From the NCBI GenBank assembly GCA_030390025.1, contig CM059427.1, positions 179,180,001 to 179,244,000 of the forward strand: DNA of 64,000 nucleotides, given 5' to 3'. Position numbers and translations under genes: made by a program. Origin of the DNA: Squalus acanthias. Taxonomy: Eukaryota. Below are positions 38,241 to 51,335 of the stretch, piece after piece (positions within the stretch are counted from its first letter, which is position 1; each line of letters opens with the position of its first letter). Under the pieces are notes generated by a model. That model did no database searches. It saw nothing but the letters and a program-made list of their open reading frames with translations, and was not told where the DNA came from.

Positions 38241-39534
38241 GAACACATTTACAAAGGCTTGGAGCAGGATATCACTGCTGCAATGGATTTTTCTCCACTT
38301 TAAGCCAAATTTGGCATTTAAATATCAGATTCTGAATGGGATCTCAGGTTTCTGAGCGCTGTCCCTAACTATAGCTACGATGATGGGGGAAATGCAGGTT
38401 TTGAGCTTATGGGTAAAGTGACCTACCCTATATAACTGCTCCTCTATTACTCCTGAAACTGACCCACACTATTCTTGTGTGATCTACACCAACCTGTGTA
38501 ATGGAATCAGAAGGCGAGTTGTTCCCAGTGGTGTTGTGCTGTCATCTGCTGTGCAGCTATAATTAATAAGCAGCTCTTTCTGTGCTAATTTAAACAGGCA
38601 ATGTGCTTCAGCTTTGAGTGCCCATGGAGCTTGCACTGGCCCCCAGTGTGTGCCAATTTTCACCTCTTGTGCTGCCTCTCCTTCCCTGAAGTGGACACTG
38701 CGCGACCTACTTGATGCAGTGAGAAATCTGACAGACTTGTTGCACTTTTGAAGCAGAAGAAAGGGAAAGATATCCAAATCAGGTAATGGTCTGGGTTTGC
38801 ATCCTCAGTCTAAGCCACACTGCCTACATCTGTCATAACAACATTTGGCAGCAGCTGAAACTGTGAAAGTTTTGTGTAAAAAAAAAAATGCTTTCACATG
38901 GAATTTAATGAGAAACCTGGCTTTTCAAATGGTGTAAAATATGGTCGTGAAACATCTGTACTGTATTTTTAATCATTGACAATACAGCAGCATGAAGCTC
39001 GTACTAATAATAGGTACACTAATTTGAATTATGGTGTTGCAGATACAACTTCATTGTGTTATCGTGATTATTACCAGAGCATTTTTTTTTTAGGAATATA
39101 TTGCAAATGCGGAGGTAAACAGCTGTGAATTGGATTAATATTACATCCAGCGTGTTAAATAGGATCAGTATTAATCAGATTAAAGCAATATTGTGGCAGC
39201 TAAGTATTTGTAGAGCAATTACCAAGCTTTAACAATATATAAAATATGTCAGCAACATCCGGAAACCATTTCAGCATCAAAGACAGAATTCTAATAAGCA
39301 GATTCTCCACAACAACCTCTTAAACACACTATTGTACCTGGCTGATGAAGGATTTAAATTCTATTAATGGACTCTAATGGATAGCATCAGGTAAATAATG
39401 CTCCATGTTGAAAAGTCATGCCACCCTGTGTTTACTCTGATGGGGCTAGTCATTCACGGTGTATTCAAGCTGAATTAAATAAAAATAGGGCCTCAGAGAT
39501 CGAGTTGGTTTGAACATCAGCCTTTCCACTCTGA

Positions 39535-39752
39535 TGTGAGAAGTCGCACAACACCAGGTTATAATCCAACAGTTTTATTTGAAATCACAAACTTTCGGTG
39601 TGCTGCTCCTTCGTCAGGTGAAGTACTTCACCTGACGAAGGAGCAGCGCTCCGAAAGCTTGTGATTTCAAATAAAGCTGTTGGACTCTAACCTGGTGTTG
39701 TGCGACTTCTCACTTTTGTCCACCCCAGTCCAACACCGGCATCTCTGCATCA
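39535..39752. mobile_element. Inverted (head-to-head) pair of hammerhead-bearing pLTR-like units, family B
   Basis: Palindrome centred on aagt|actt (39624/39625), arms about 90 bp; 12-bp TSD TTTCCACTCTGA (39523-34, 39753-64). Confidence 0.88.
39628..39664 (+). ncRNA. Minimal type I hammerhead ribozyme motif (family B), intact core
   Basis: UCAC CUGACGA A GGAGC AGC GCUCC GAAA GC UU GUGA. Confidence 0.8.
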
Positions 39753-40687
39753 TTTCCACTCTGAGACATAGGATACAATTCCAGATAAGACTGATGGGCT
39801 GATGTTGTTGTCTTGGTCCTAAGTTATGTGATACTAAAGCAGTATGGACCCAGTTTGAAGTGAGTGTGCGCCTGAAGCCAAATGATGCACTAAACTGACA
39901 GCTTCACTCAGAGAGTTATAAGGATGGCAATAATGAAGTGAAAAGTTGCAGAGATTCAGTCAGGGGCAAAGCAAGATAATGGAGCAAAACTGAAGGCCGT
40001 GTTCTTTTAAGGGCCCCAGCACGGGTGAGATGCACTAAGCACATCTGCCATCACTGTACTGACATGGTTACACTTATCCTTGCCAACATCGTTGCAGTTT
40101 CTTTTGAAGTTCAGAGTTGTGACTGCTCAAGCATGTACGTGTGCCACATGATGCCATGCGTATGCGCTCGTACATGCACAATGACACTCTCGTTTAGGAA
40201 GAAACTGGAGGGTCCAGTGAATGCAGCCCACTGCACCTGGTCATGTGCACTTAAATCTCCTTGCAAGGTGAAGACGACTCATGTGGGTCTGTGGAATACA
40301 CCTGTTCCACAATACACATCATTAGGTCCTGATGCACAACCGTTTCTGGGAAAGCTTTGCTGATTCCAGTTGTTATGCTTAATTTAAAAAAACATGTGTT
40401 CATCCACCTACTTAGCTAGTCTTGCTGGAAATGAAACCGATGAATTGAGGTTTGATTCGACTGCTCCACAGCAGGATTTTCGCACTGCTACTAATATAAA
40501 ATTTGGTGGAAAAATCCTGGGAGCATTATTCTGCATATAACCCATATCGCTCCTGGCCTGGCATTGATACTGACAGTGAGTGTAAAAAAAAGAGGGGAAA
40601 ATATTTTATTCTCCAGCACTGGCATCCTTTAGTTAACCTTTAAGATAACACCTCCCCACAGAACAAACAATTATAACGTAGAAGCAT

Positions 40688-41357
40688 TGGCCCCAATTTT
40701 GGTTTCTCGATTGCCCCATTTTTCAGGGGCAATGGAGCGGTAGCGAGACCAAAATGGCAAAGAAAGAGTTACCGCTGACCTCCCGCCTGAAGCCTGCCCA
40801 CTGCCATTTTCGAGCAGGCATCGATTTAGGCAGCCAGCGCTCCCTCCAGAAACAGGCGGGAGCCTCATTATTCAACGCAAATCAGGGGCCCATGATGGTG
40901 TGAGGACCCCGATGTTGTTTTGCCGCTGTTAAGCGCGGCGCCTGGAAACGCCCACTACACAGAGGTCTAGAACCAGCGTCCCTTAAAGCAATCGCTGGCA
41001 GCAGCTCCGGAAGCAATAAAAATATAATTTAATTGGCACTTTCTGGGATAGCAATTTTGGACACAATTGCTCTCCAGATATCTTGCTGCTATTTCCTCCT
41101 CCCCTTCAATAATTCAGCCCCTCCGATTGACTGCTGCTGCGGGTCTATGCTTTGTGGATGGCCCCCACCAGATTCCACACCCCAATAAAACGCCGAGCTA
41201 TCTATCCTTGCTCAGAATGTGCTGGCAGCTGGCTAATTGAAAGCAAATGTGGCTTGACCATTAAAATGGCCGGGCCGCTGGCTGGTGACATCGGGTAGGC
41301 GTTGTGATCACTCCACCCATCACCTGCCCGACATACCCCGCAGATGAAAACCAGCCC
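40688..41357. mobile_element. Decayed Harbinger-type MITE in a CR1 tail
   Basis: GGCCCCAATTTT ... AAAACCAGCCC, cat on both flanks; minus-strand CR1 3' UTR follows at about 41360-41500. Confidence 0.55.
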
Positions 41358-41557
41358 CATGGAGTTTTACAGCACGGAAGGAGGCCGTTTGGCCCACAGC
41401 ACCTCTGCAGGATCTCTGAAAGAGCTTCGTCCCATTCTCCTGCTCTGTGCCATACGCTTTTTAAATTTTTCTTTTGGAAAATATTTATCCACTTCCCTTT
41501 TAAAATAAAACAACCACCTTTCAAGTTAACCATTTTACACAATGACCTTTGAAAGAC

Positions 41558-41728
41558 AGGGTAGATTTTTAACTTGCCGCCCAGGCATAAAACTGGCGTT
41601 GCAGATCAACTACCCGTTATAGAAACTGCCCGAGTTTCATATCCATTTACATCAACGCCAATGAAAATTATAGCTGGTCAATCCATTCGCCAGTTTTAAG
41701 CCGGGGCAGCAAGCTGAAAATCTATCCC
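41558..41728. mobile_element. Short MITE (family of 37715/46746/50203)
   Basis: GGGTAGATTTT / AAAATCTATCCC; shared taaaactggc..gatc..cccgttata. Confidence 0.7.
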
Positions 41729-42984
41729 ACTGAATCAATTCCGAAGTCGCAGTTAAAATGGAGTGGAGACGTTACACTACAATTAATCTGGGGTTATTTT
41801 ACAAGTTTTTCGGTAAATGTTAAGAATGAAGATGAACGAGTTCAAATCTGGCTTAAAACTTACCTTGTATGCGCTTGGCTGAGTATGGGTTTAATATCAG
41901 TAATATCCTTGATGTGTGCCTCCCAACGAGGTTAAAATATATATCATAGATGACAATTAACTTTTGGGTAATAACTGACCATTAGGGAATTGAAAAACGA
42001 AGAATTAAAAAACTATAGCCCTGAAATTACACTGTGCGACTATTAGAGTACTAACATTTTAAGTATTCATTAATATTCATACAACATCGTTTCAAGCCAC
42101 TGAATCCCTCTCTCAAGCATTTCTCACAATCTTGTTCTATTAACGTGATTTTTAGTGCTACAGAAATAGCTTTCAAACACTGCCTGGACTGGCGCATCTC
42201 TCAGTGACTGAAAGGAACATCGAGGAAGCTGGTAAGCACTAGGGAGGCTGGGAGTGCCTAATTTAACACGTGAAGCTTTAGCCTTAATGTGCCCATGCCT
42301 TTGTAGGAACAGTAAAATGGGAACACCTGTTGGAAGATAAAACCACAGAGCCCGTATTAGCTTTTTGTTAGGGTTCTAAATTTAAGTAACCATTGATAAG
42401 AGCCATTTTGGAGCCGAAGCCTGGAGAAATTCTTTCATATTCAAAATATCTGTTCAACAATTGCAGTACTGGTATTGATGTTGTTTTTTATTGGTTATGT
42501 AACCATCTCATAAGTTAACCAAATGCCCATGAATACTTCAAGTATACCATGTGTCAGCAGACATTGATACATTTATTATGCTGGAGATGAGCAGCACTGT
42601 TTCATGGGGGAGACTACAGCATTCACACAGCTGCTGGAGCTACACCAGGCTTCAGACAAATGAACATTGGCTTCTGCATCACCTGCAGAGTCTTGACTTT
42701 TCCTGAACGTTGGCTCTTTTGCTGGGATGGGCAGATAAATTGCCCCATCTGCTGCAAAGGAACATCGGTAATAACCGCTGATGGTTGGTTATAAAAGTTA
42801 CTGGAAGGCTGGCTGTCAGCAGACATCTCGTGTAGAACATTCTGCTGCGATGACGTAATTAATGAGGCATGCCACCCGTGTCCCACGGTTTCCCAGAATG
42901 CAGATTTCAATCTCCGTTCACACATGACATCACATGTTTCATGCAAAATATCTGTTGACATATGACCTCTCAACTCAGCAGTAG

Positions 42985-43412
42985 TTCTCTCACCTCTTGA
43001 GCCAGACATTTGTGGGTTCAAGTCCCACTACAGGGGCTTAAGCACAAAATGTATGCTGACAATTTAGTGCAGTAATGAGGGAGTGCTGCATCATTGGAAG
43101 TGCTGTGTTTCAGGTGAGATCTTGAACCGAGACCCACTCTGCTGTTCAGGTGGATATAAAAGATCCCAAGGCATTGTTTTTTTGAGTAAGAGCAGGGAGT
43201 TCTCCCGATATCCTGGTCCACATTCAAACAACAGCACCAAAACTAGTCATTGCTGTTTGTGAGACCTTTGCTAGGTGCAAATTAGATGCCATGTTTGCCG
43301 ACAAAAACAACAGGTTTGCCGACAACACTTCAGAATTAATTCAGTGGCTGCGAAGGACATGGGATCCTCCTGAGGATGTAAAAGGCGCTACATAAATGCA
43401 AGATCTTTTCTT
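42985..43412 (+). mobile_element. tRNA-derived SINE (family of 22367)
   Basis: tgtgggttcaagtccca B box; gagggagtgctgca; tail taaatgcaag. Confidence 0.75.
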
Positions 43413-43579
43413 TCCCTGAGTTTTACAGGACGAAAGTTGAAAACATTTGGGATCATCTGGTGATTTGAGAGAAACATGTTCTCTCAGTAAACTGCGAGCA
43501 GGACTGGTGCGTTTGAGAATAATAATGTTAAAAATAAAAAAAAAGCTGAAATTGGTTTTAACCATGTACCACAAAGAGA

Positions 43580-43800
43580 ATAATGGATAGCTGGCAGTGA
43601 GTTACAGGATGTAATCTAATCGAGAGCTTCAGATGGTTTATATATGTATAAAAGAATGGATACCTGGCAATGAGTTACAGGCTATAATCTAATCGAGCAG
43701 TTTAGATGGTTTATATATATATATAAAATAATGGACACCTGACAGCGAGCTACAAGCTGTAATCTAATCAAGAGGTTCAGATGCTTTATATGTACAATAA
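43580..43800. repeat. Tandem repeat, about 72-76 bp x3; solo relative at 46932-46985
   Basis: aatggata.ctggca.tgagttacagg.t.taatctaatcgag...ttcagatggtttatatat. Confidence 0.9.
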
Positions 43801-44508
43801 TGAATAATACAATATTCCCATTTCTATAGAGACTGAAATGCCTCAAAGTGTTTCAAGAATTAATTTTCAATGCGCAGCAACTTGCTGCATGGGTAACTTG
43901 GCAGCCATACTGTGGCTGCAATGTCCCAAAGGTGCTACTAGTTGAGGGAGGAAAATTAGCGAGGCCTCCAGAAGAACTTGCAGTGCTTCTTCAAATAGTG
44001 CGATGGAATCTTGAACATCCATCCAAATAGACAGAGGCGATATCGGCTTAACACGTCACCTGAAGGACAGCAGGTCCAACAATGCTGCACACGCTCAGTA
44101 CTGCAGTGGAATATTACCCCTGGCCTGCAGGCTGAATCTGACCCACTTCTCAAACTCATCTGCTCCACACATCTCTCTTGCTGTCAGAAACGTCTGTAGG
44201 CTTTCTCAATAGGAGCACACTGGATCAAGACACGCCTCGCACTCCCAGCAGCGCTGCGCTCCACCTTCAGTTGGGACTTGCTGTATTGTCAATGTTTGGC
44301 CAGGACCAGACTGAAGGCGGACTAGAACACAGACTGAGTGGGAGGCACGTGTAAATCCAGTGCATGCCAGCTGAGAAAGTCAGTAGTTCCGTCTGTAATT
44401 TAAAAAAAAATTCTTTCAAGCTAACCATAAATGAGCTTTTGCTGTCAGCTGTTTTTTCCCCCCAGAGGTGAGCACTTTTCATCAATAGAGCTCATCTATA
44501 GAAATATA

Positions 44509-44979
44509 GGCCCCGATACAGGCGGGGAGGGTGCGGGTGAGGCCGAAAATGGCCCAAGAACCTGGCAAGGCTGGGGGTGTGGAGGTCCTGCCGATCTTAA
44601 TGGCAATCGGGTCTGGGGGAAGGTCGGCAATCGGGGTTGGGGGAAAGACAAAGGCTTCCTTGAGGGGCTGGGAGCACTCCTGCTGCTCCCGGCCCACATG
44701 GGGTGCTGAAAGAGCCAGCAGCTCCCGCCTCCCTTTCACTGCGGGAAACCCGTGCAGCAACAGTATATTTTAAATCAGGCTCCGAATTTCACTGTGGGAG
44801 CCCGATTTAAAGATATTAATGAAGCTTCCCGCCTCTCCACGGCGGGACACTCGAATGCTCTAAAAAAAAAGGTGGCGGGCTAATGCACGCCAGGTTGGGC
44901 TCCCGTTCCCCATAATTCACTTTTTAACCCCCGCCCGCATCCTTCTCCTGCCCGACGTGGCGGAGTTAATATCGAGGCC
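44509..44979. mobile_element. Harbinger-type MITE
   Basis: GGCCCCGATA / TATCGAGGCC, ATA TSD. Confidence 0.7.
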
Positions 44980-45502
44980 ATAGTAATTTTAGCAGAGGAG
45001 GATGCCAATCAGTCTTTCTTGCCTACAATGAACTTAGACCCTTTTTTGGGGTTGATTTTAAACAGTCCTAGGCCTTTCTTAGGCTGATTTTACACAGTCA
45101 TAATTTCCTGCTTTATACCCAAACTAAACTCTTCTTGAAGTAATTATCCAGTATCTTTTTAAATGCTGTATTCAGTTTCGGACTCATGGCAAAGCACTTC
45201 ACTTTCCAATAACTTTTGATGAAAATGTTTCTTCTAATCTGTTCCTTTATGTATCAAGATTATTTTCCATGGTTCTGTACTGGGACTAGGATGGGAAGGG
45301 GAGTAGCTCACCTTGGAGCAACTAGCTATTGCAGGTTCACCTCTGCTCCCCCAATGGACAGAATCCACCACAGAAGATACCAAACGGAGACTTTCAGACC
45401 CAATCCCAGCATTTGTGTCTCTAGTGTCCTCCTCGCCATGCTCAGATGCAGTGGCCACCAATTCTGCTGCCTCTAAGTTCCTCGATTGCCTGAGTCTCAA
45501 TG

Positions 45503-46143
45503 CTGCCATCACCAAAACCGCCTACTTCCACTTAGGTAACATCGCCCGTCTCCGACCCCGTCTCAGCTCAACTGCTGCTGAAACCCTCATCCATGCCTTT
45601 GTTACCTTTAGGCTTGACGATTCCAACGCTCTCCTGGCCGACCTCCCATTTTTCAAGCTCCATAAAGTTGAGCTCATCTAAAACTCTGCTGCCTGTATCC
45701 TAACTCGCACCGAGTCCCTTTCACCCATCAGCCCTGTGCTCGCTGACCTACATTGGCTCCTGGTCTGGCAACGCCTCGATTTTAAAATTCTCATCCTTGT
45801 TTTCAAATCCCTCCATGGCCTCGTCCCTCCCTATCCCTGTAACCTCCTACAACCCTCCAAGATCTCTGCGTCCTCCAATTTTGGCCTCTTGTGCATCCCC
45901 GATTTTAATCGCTCCACCATTGGCCCTCAGCTCTGGAATTCCCTCCCTAAACCTCTCCACCTCTCTCTCCTCCTTTAAGATGCTCCTTAAAACCTACCTC
46001 TTTGACCAAGCTTTTGGCCACCTGTCCCAATATCTCCTTATGTGGCTCAGAATCACATTTTTTTTTGATAACACTCCTGTAAGGCGCCTCGAGACATTTT
46101 ACTACGTTAAAGGCGCTATATAAATACAAGTTGTTGTTGTTGG
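45503..46143 (+). mobile_element. L2 LINE 3' fragment
   Basis: ITKTAYFHLGNIARLRP..ETLIHAFVT.RLD.SN, LADLHWL...RLDFKIL; tail (ttg)n. Confidence 0.9.
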
Positions 46144-46249
46144 TTCTACCCACGTCCTGAGCCTGCAGCTTCTACCTGCTGCCTTGGATCGGCCCGAGTC
46201 TCAATGTTGCTGCTTCTCCCCACCCACAGTTGCAGAGACAAATAGGGCA

Positions 46250-46630
46250 CAGAGGTAAAAATGGAAGAACAAGAAAGGCAAAGAGAAAAAAAATTGACGA
46301 GCATAGAGAAACAGGGGAGAGAGAGAAGCAAAGGCAGAGAGAGAGAGAGACACGGAAGTGAGGGTGGAGAGGGAAAACAGTGGAGGAGGTAAACTGGAGT
46401 GAAAGTGGGGTGGGAAGAGAGCCGAAGTGAAAGAGAGAGAGAGAAAGAGAGAGAGAGAAAGACAGGTATACAGAGTCAAAGGAAAAGAATGGGAGGTCAA
46501 ATTGTATATGATGAGAAGGATAGGAGGTGAGAAAGAATAAAGTTTATGAGGAGAGAGACTGAAATTAATGAGGAGAGAGAGACAAAAGTGAAAAGAAGGA
46601 GAAAGAAAGGAAGGGAGAGAAGTGAAGAAC
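46250..46630. repeat. Purine-rich (GA) low-complexity tract
   Basis: Strong A/G bias with (ga)n runs. Confidence 0.8.
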
Positions 46631-46745
46631 ATATAATAGCATGGCCCAAAGATTCCAAAAATGAATAATCACAACTGATTCCAATAGCACACAAAGTAGG
46701 GCCTAAATGAAGCAGTCAAGCCCTGCTATGGGGCTCAAACCACCC

Positions 46746-46882
46746 AGGTGTAAATTTGTGTTTTTACCACATGGAATTAATACGGTGGAGCTGATCACAT
46801 GAAAATCGGGCGGCTTCTATAATGGGCAGGTGATCCACTCTGCCAGACTACTGCCCATGCGGTGAAGATGAAAGTTTACCCC
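46746..46882. mobile_element. Short MITE, reverse orientation relative to 41558
   Basis: tgaaaatcgggcggcttctataatgggc; ends aaagtttacccc. Confidence 0.6.
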
Positions 46883-49339
46883 TAGTGTTCTGACCTAGAA
46901 GTGAGATTGTTAGCAAACTGAGCTAAGCTGACACCTGACAGCGAGTTACAGTTTGTTATCTAACGGAGAGGTTCAGATAGCTTATTTGGTTTGATGACTT
47001 CAAACATAATTTTCATACATAAAGAGGGACCTAAAGAAGGAATATGGTGTAAGTTTTGCGCTTTCCTCGGCCCTGATTGTTTACGCTGATGTCCGCTTGT
47101 TTACCCGGTTTTTACGTTCTGGTGTATGCTAATAAGATTGGCAGGAAATTACGGCGTAAATACTGGTCAGCAAAATTGGCATCGAAACCGGCATAAATTT
47201 TGGCGTAACTTGACGATTACACGATCGGGGAAATTCTAGCCCGATCTTTCAGAGCAGTAATAATGACTGTGGTTTTATTTGTCAATAGCCCTGAAGTAAT
47301 CTGATTGCTGGGAAGTCACAGAATTTAAACTCCATACATTTTTTTCTGTCAATAGCACAAGGTACTGAAATCTTATGATGAGCGTCCTTGCACATTAAGA
47401 CTATCAAAGGCACTATTGGTCCTTCAGTCTAATACATATTTTACAGTACATGCATCAGTACTTATTTTCATGCTGAGTGCTAAATGGCCTTCATTGCTTC
47501 TCCTTCACCCTATTTTTAAAATTGTATTATTCCCCCTCATTAGATCCTTAAGGGTCGTGCATCATTGCTCCTAGTCCTGTCAATTCCAGTCCATAACCAG
47601 TCAGTACAGAGTGGCCCCAGGGTAGGAGACAAAATTTGTACTATAGTTTGTCATGCCTTTTCTTGACAGCACAGCAAAGATCATGAGGTGGACAAGAATG
47701 TGGGAATTCAGAGTGCAAACTTGTGCCCCGTAACTATACCATTATACTTTGGTAAAGCAAGATATACATGTGTTGTATTTAACAACATGTGTGTGAGGTG
47801 TTGTGCCCGAGGTAAAATGTACAATACAATTAACTTATACAGCTGGAAAAATACTGATTAATTCACTGATTCAATTTCATTTCAGCAAAGATACCACAGC
47901 CTGTAGAAGGTTGAAGATATTCTGACTTGTTGTTGATAAATTAATGTTTACTTCTCCTACACTCACAAAAATAAACCTTAGGAGCTTGTAGGATGTGTAG
48001 TTATTTTTGGCTGCAGATCTTTCAAAACCCTAGGATTTAAAACATACGAGACACTGAAGCTAGAGGATTTGAGTTGTGAACTATTATTATAAAAATGATG
48101 GTGGTGGTGGTGGGAAGGGATTAAAAAAAGAAACAAAGTGAATTTTTATTGTGTGTCTTCCCCTGACAAACACAAACCACAGTTTGAAGCTCTCAAGGGG
48201 ATTATCAGCTTTTGAAGCATCGTACTGTCAATAAAATACCACTGGCATTCTTCAAATTTTAAAAACTCAGCATTCGTGACATTCAGTGTGCTTTTAAAAC
48301 AAACGCACTTCAGGAAAATAAAATTATTAAAATAAAAAAAAAATCTGTGAAATAATCTTTTCGTTGAACCCAGGCTCGCTGTAACCTTTACGTGCACAGC
48401 ACAGCAAACTTTTCCAGTCTCCATCCAATGGTTGGCATGTGATTTCCATTAAGACTCAAATGTGCTATACATCTGTGTCAAAAAGTGTCATTTTACAATG
48501 GACGATCCTGTCATTTCTTGTGCTTAGTATGAAAATCCCACATATCATTCCCGTGCCCGATCAAGATGTGACAAGGTTGCTACAGAAATAGATCTGTCAA
48601 GAGAGGATTCGCAAAGGCTGAGCAAAAGACACATTACTGCAGCAAATCCCTCTTAAATGCATATTCAATTCAACAAACAAAATTATCCAGATGAAAATGG
48701 ACATGCATATAAATCTTTCACCTTTGCACTTTGTTGTGTTTAATTCTGGGGAGAAAATGCTTTGCTAAGTCCGACACCTGGATGTTAGCTCCTGCAGGTG
48801 CTATTTCTTCCTGCACTCTGATTTATCTTTGTGTGATAAAAGGATTTATTGTTCGACTTACAAAAACAAACTATGCCTTTAAACTCAAACCCTTCATTGT
48901 AGAAATAAGCATTCTCGTTTCTGCTTCTAGATTTATTGGAATTTACCATTTGACTAAAATGTGCTCTAAATAATTTTAACTTTTCTGTTGCCACAATAGC
49001 CCAAGGCTTTGAACCTTATACCATCAGGCTAAATATTTCCAAAATTTAAAACCCTTGTAAGCTGTCACTTAAAATAGAAGCAATTTTAATAAACAACTTG
49101 GTATAAGGTAGTGTTACATAAAAGAGGTCACAGCAAACCAATTTATGATTATTTTAATTACATTGAATTATTCTGTTCAAGAAATATTAGATACTTGGAT
49201 CTAGTACTTCAATTGATTTGGGAACCAGTACACATACTGTATCAGTACAGTCAAAAGATAGTTATGGATGAGGGAGGCCAATTGGCTCAGCTTAGTTCAC
49301 CTGCCTTGAAAGATCCTAAAGGCCATTTCAAAGCCCAAT

Positions 49340-49650
49340 TGTTTCTGAAAAGATTCCAATGTTTTTGTTCCTAAAACACTTCCTGGAAGTCTATTCCAGA
49401 CGTTGATCCTTCTTTGTGTAAAAAAGAATTTCCTGAGATAAGTCCTAAATTTATCTTATATTTGTTTAAATCTGTATCTCCTTGTCCTACTCTCACTATT
49501 TAACTTGAAGTAATATTCTGGGCTCACTTTTTCCATTTCCTTAACAATCTTATAAATTTCCATGAGAACACTCCTCAGACACATCCTTTCCAGGCTGAAA
49601 TGCCCAAGTTTCTTCAGTCCTTTCCCATAACTCAAACCAGGAGAACTTAA
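49340..49650 (-). mobile_element. Old CR1 3' relic
   Basis: Reverse complement of decayed LGLFSLE.R.LRG and FF.QR...WN.LP coding segments. Confidence 0.55.
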
Positions 49651-49755
49651 CTTAGCCTTGTGCTCTCAATAGGAAGGGAAAACTTAGACAGACACTCCCT
49701 TTGGGAGCCAATAAAATATCCTTCTCGTCAATAAGAAAACAAACTTTAAAATTAA

Positions 49756-50039
49756 GGGGTAGATTCTAAACTTTCACCGCTGGACGGAAAACTGGCAGCC
49801 AATCAGAAGGGTCCTTTTTAAGGTACCTCAACATTGCATCGGGGTCCTATAATCATCATAGGACCCCGATCCCGATTTGAATGGGCTAATTAGGTACCTG
49901 CCTGTTTCCGGTGGTTTCTTGGGCCACTCATTTCAAGACCTCATTGAAATAGTGGAGAACGGTGTGGTAAGTGCTGTGCTGCTATTTTCAGCACATTATC
50001 ACCCTGTTCCTGCCTGATAAGGGGAATGAAAATCGGCCT
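49756..50039. mobile_element. Decayed Harbinger-type MITE
   Basis: GGGGTAGATT start, AAAATCGGCC end; shares ggaccccgat block with 40900. Confidence 0.45.
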
Positions 50040-50202
50040 GTACACACTGTACGTTTAAATTGAGAAACCAGGGAGTGAGATTGGATGTGAAAAAGTTTTA
50101 TTTTCCTCAAAGGGTGACCGACCTGTGGAGCAGCATTTTAGAAGTGATGGTGAGGACCAACTCCTTGCGGTCCTTCAAGGTAACATTGGATGCCCAAACT
50201 AT

Positions 50203-50339
50203 GGGCGGAACTTTCAACTTCGCTGGGGGAGTAAAACTGGCAGTATCGGATCTGCCGCCCATTTTATAGGGAAAGGAAAATCGGGTGGGGTGTATATTGG
50301 GTGGCCGATCCAATATCGCCAACGTTGAAAGTCCCGCCC
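50203..50339. mobile_element. Short MITE inside a CR1 3' relic (about 50060-50590)
   Basis: GGGCGGAACTTTCAAC / GTTGAAAGTCCCGCCC. Confidence 0.75.
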
Positions 50340-50919
50340 GATGTGATCATGGCAGAAGGAAGGTAAGATTCCAGGTAATAACTAAAGTGTTTGTGGCCTC
50401 TGGGGGCTTGCCTGAATAACTTTGCGGGATTGAAGAGGAATTTTTCCAAAGAGGTTTCCTGAATTGGACATGGGTCTCTTTTTTTTTGCTTTCCCTAGGA
50501 GGTGGGAGAGAAGGAATACTAGGTTATTGGGGTTGAAAGCAGCAAGAAATGGGGCAAGCGTGTATGAGCCGGATGGCATTTTCTCATGAAGTTCAAAGGA
50601 GATCTATATGTAGTTCTAGGATTGCTGGTAGATTTCCAATGTGAAAAAGGCACTTTAGCAAGGTGACTGAGATCATAATACCCCCCTCAATTTTATAATT
50701 TAATTTTAAAGGTTTTTCTCTTAATGATAAGAAGGAATATTTCATTAGCAAGGCAACTGCCTCACACAGAAAGTGTGTGCCTATATTGTCCCCTCGCTGG
50801 ACCTCCCGCGCACCCAAAAAAAAATTAACGTGAGCATTGATTGAGGATGAGGTTATATTTATATAGGGGATGTGGATAAAAGGATAGCTCCACCTCTTCA
50901 TTGCTTCCTCAGGCTTCAT

Positions 50920-51335
50920 TAGTCAGCTTGGCTCATTTGTAGTACTCTCACCTCTGAGTCAGAAGTTCATGGGTACAAGTCCTACTACAAGACTTTAGCT
51001 CATAATACGGAACGATATTCCCATGCGGTACTGAGGGTACACTGCAGTGTTGGATGAAATATTAAATTGAGGCTATGTCTGCCTGCTTGGGTGGATGTCA
51101 CAGACACATGACACTTTTCAAAGAAGAGCAGGGCATTTTCCTGGTGTCCTGGGCCAACTTTATTCCTCAAGCAACGCAGTCAAAAACGGATTAACTGATC
51201 ACCATTTGTGGGACCCTTGCTTTGTGCAAATTGGCTCCAGCATTTACCACACTTTAAAAAATGCGATTCATGTGAGATGCTTTGAGACATTTCTTAGAGA
51301 TGTGATAAAGCATTTTATAAATATGAGTCTCTCTT
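50920..51335 (+). mobile_element. tRNA-derived SINE (family of 22367)
   Basis: tcagcttggctca..cacctctgagtcagaag..caagtcctact. Confidence 0.75.

Noticed and set aside
45234-45515. Minus-strand ORF with a donor-like GGTGAG near 45310
   Set aside because: Unrecognised peptide between LINE relics; no acceptor support
46201-46632. 143-aa Leu/Ser/Phe-rich ORF
   Set aside because: Translation of a low-complexity pyrimidine strand
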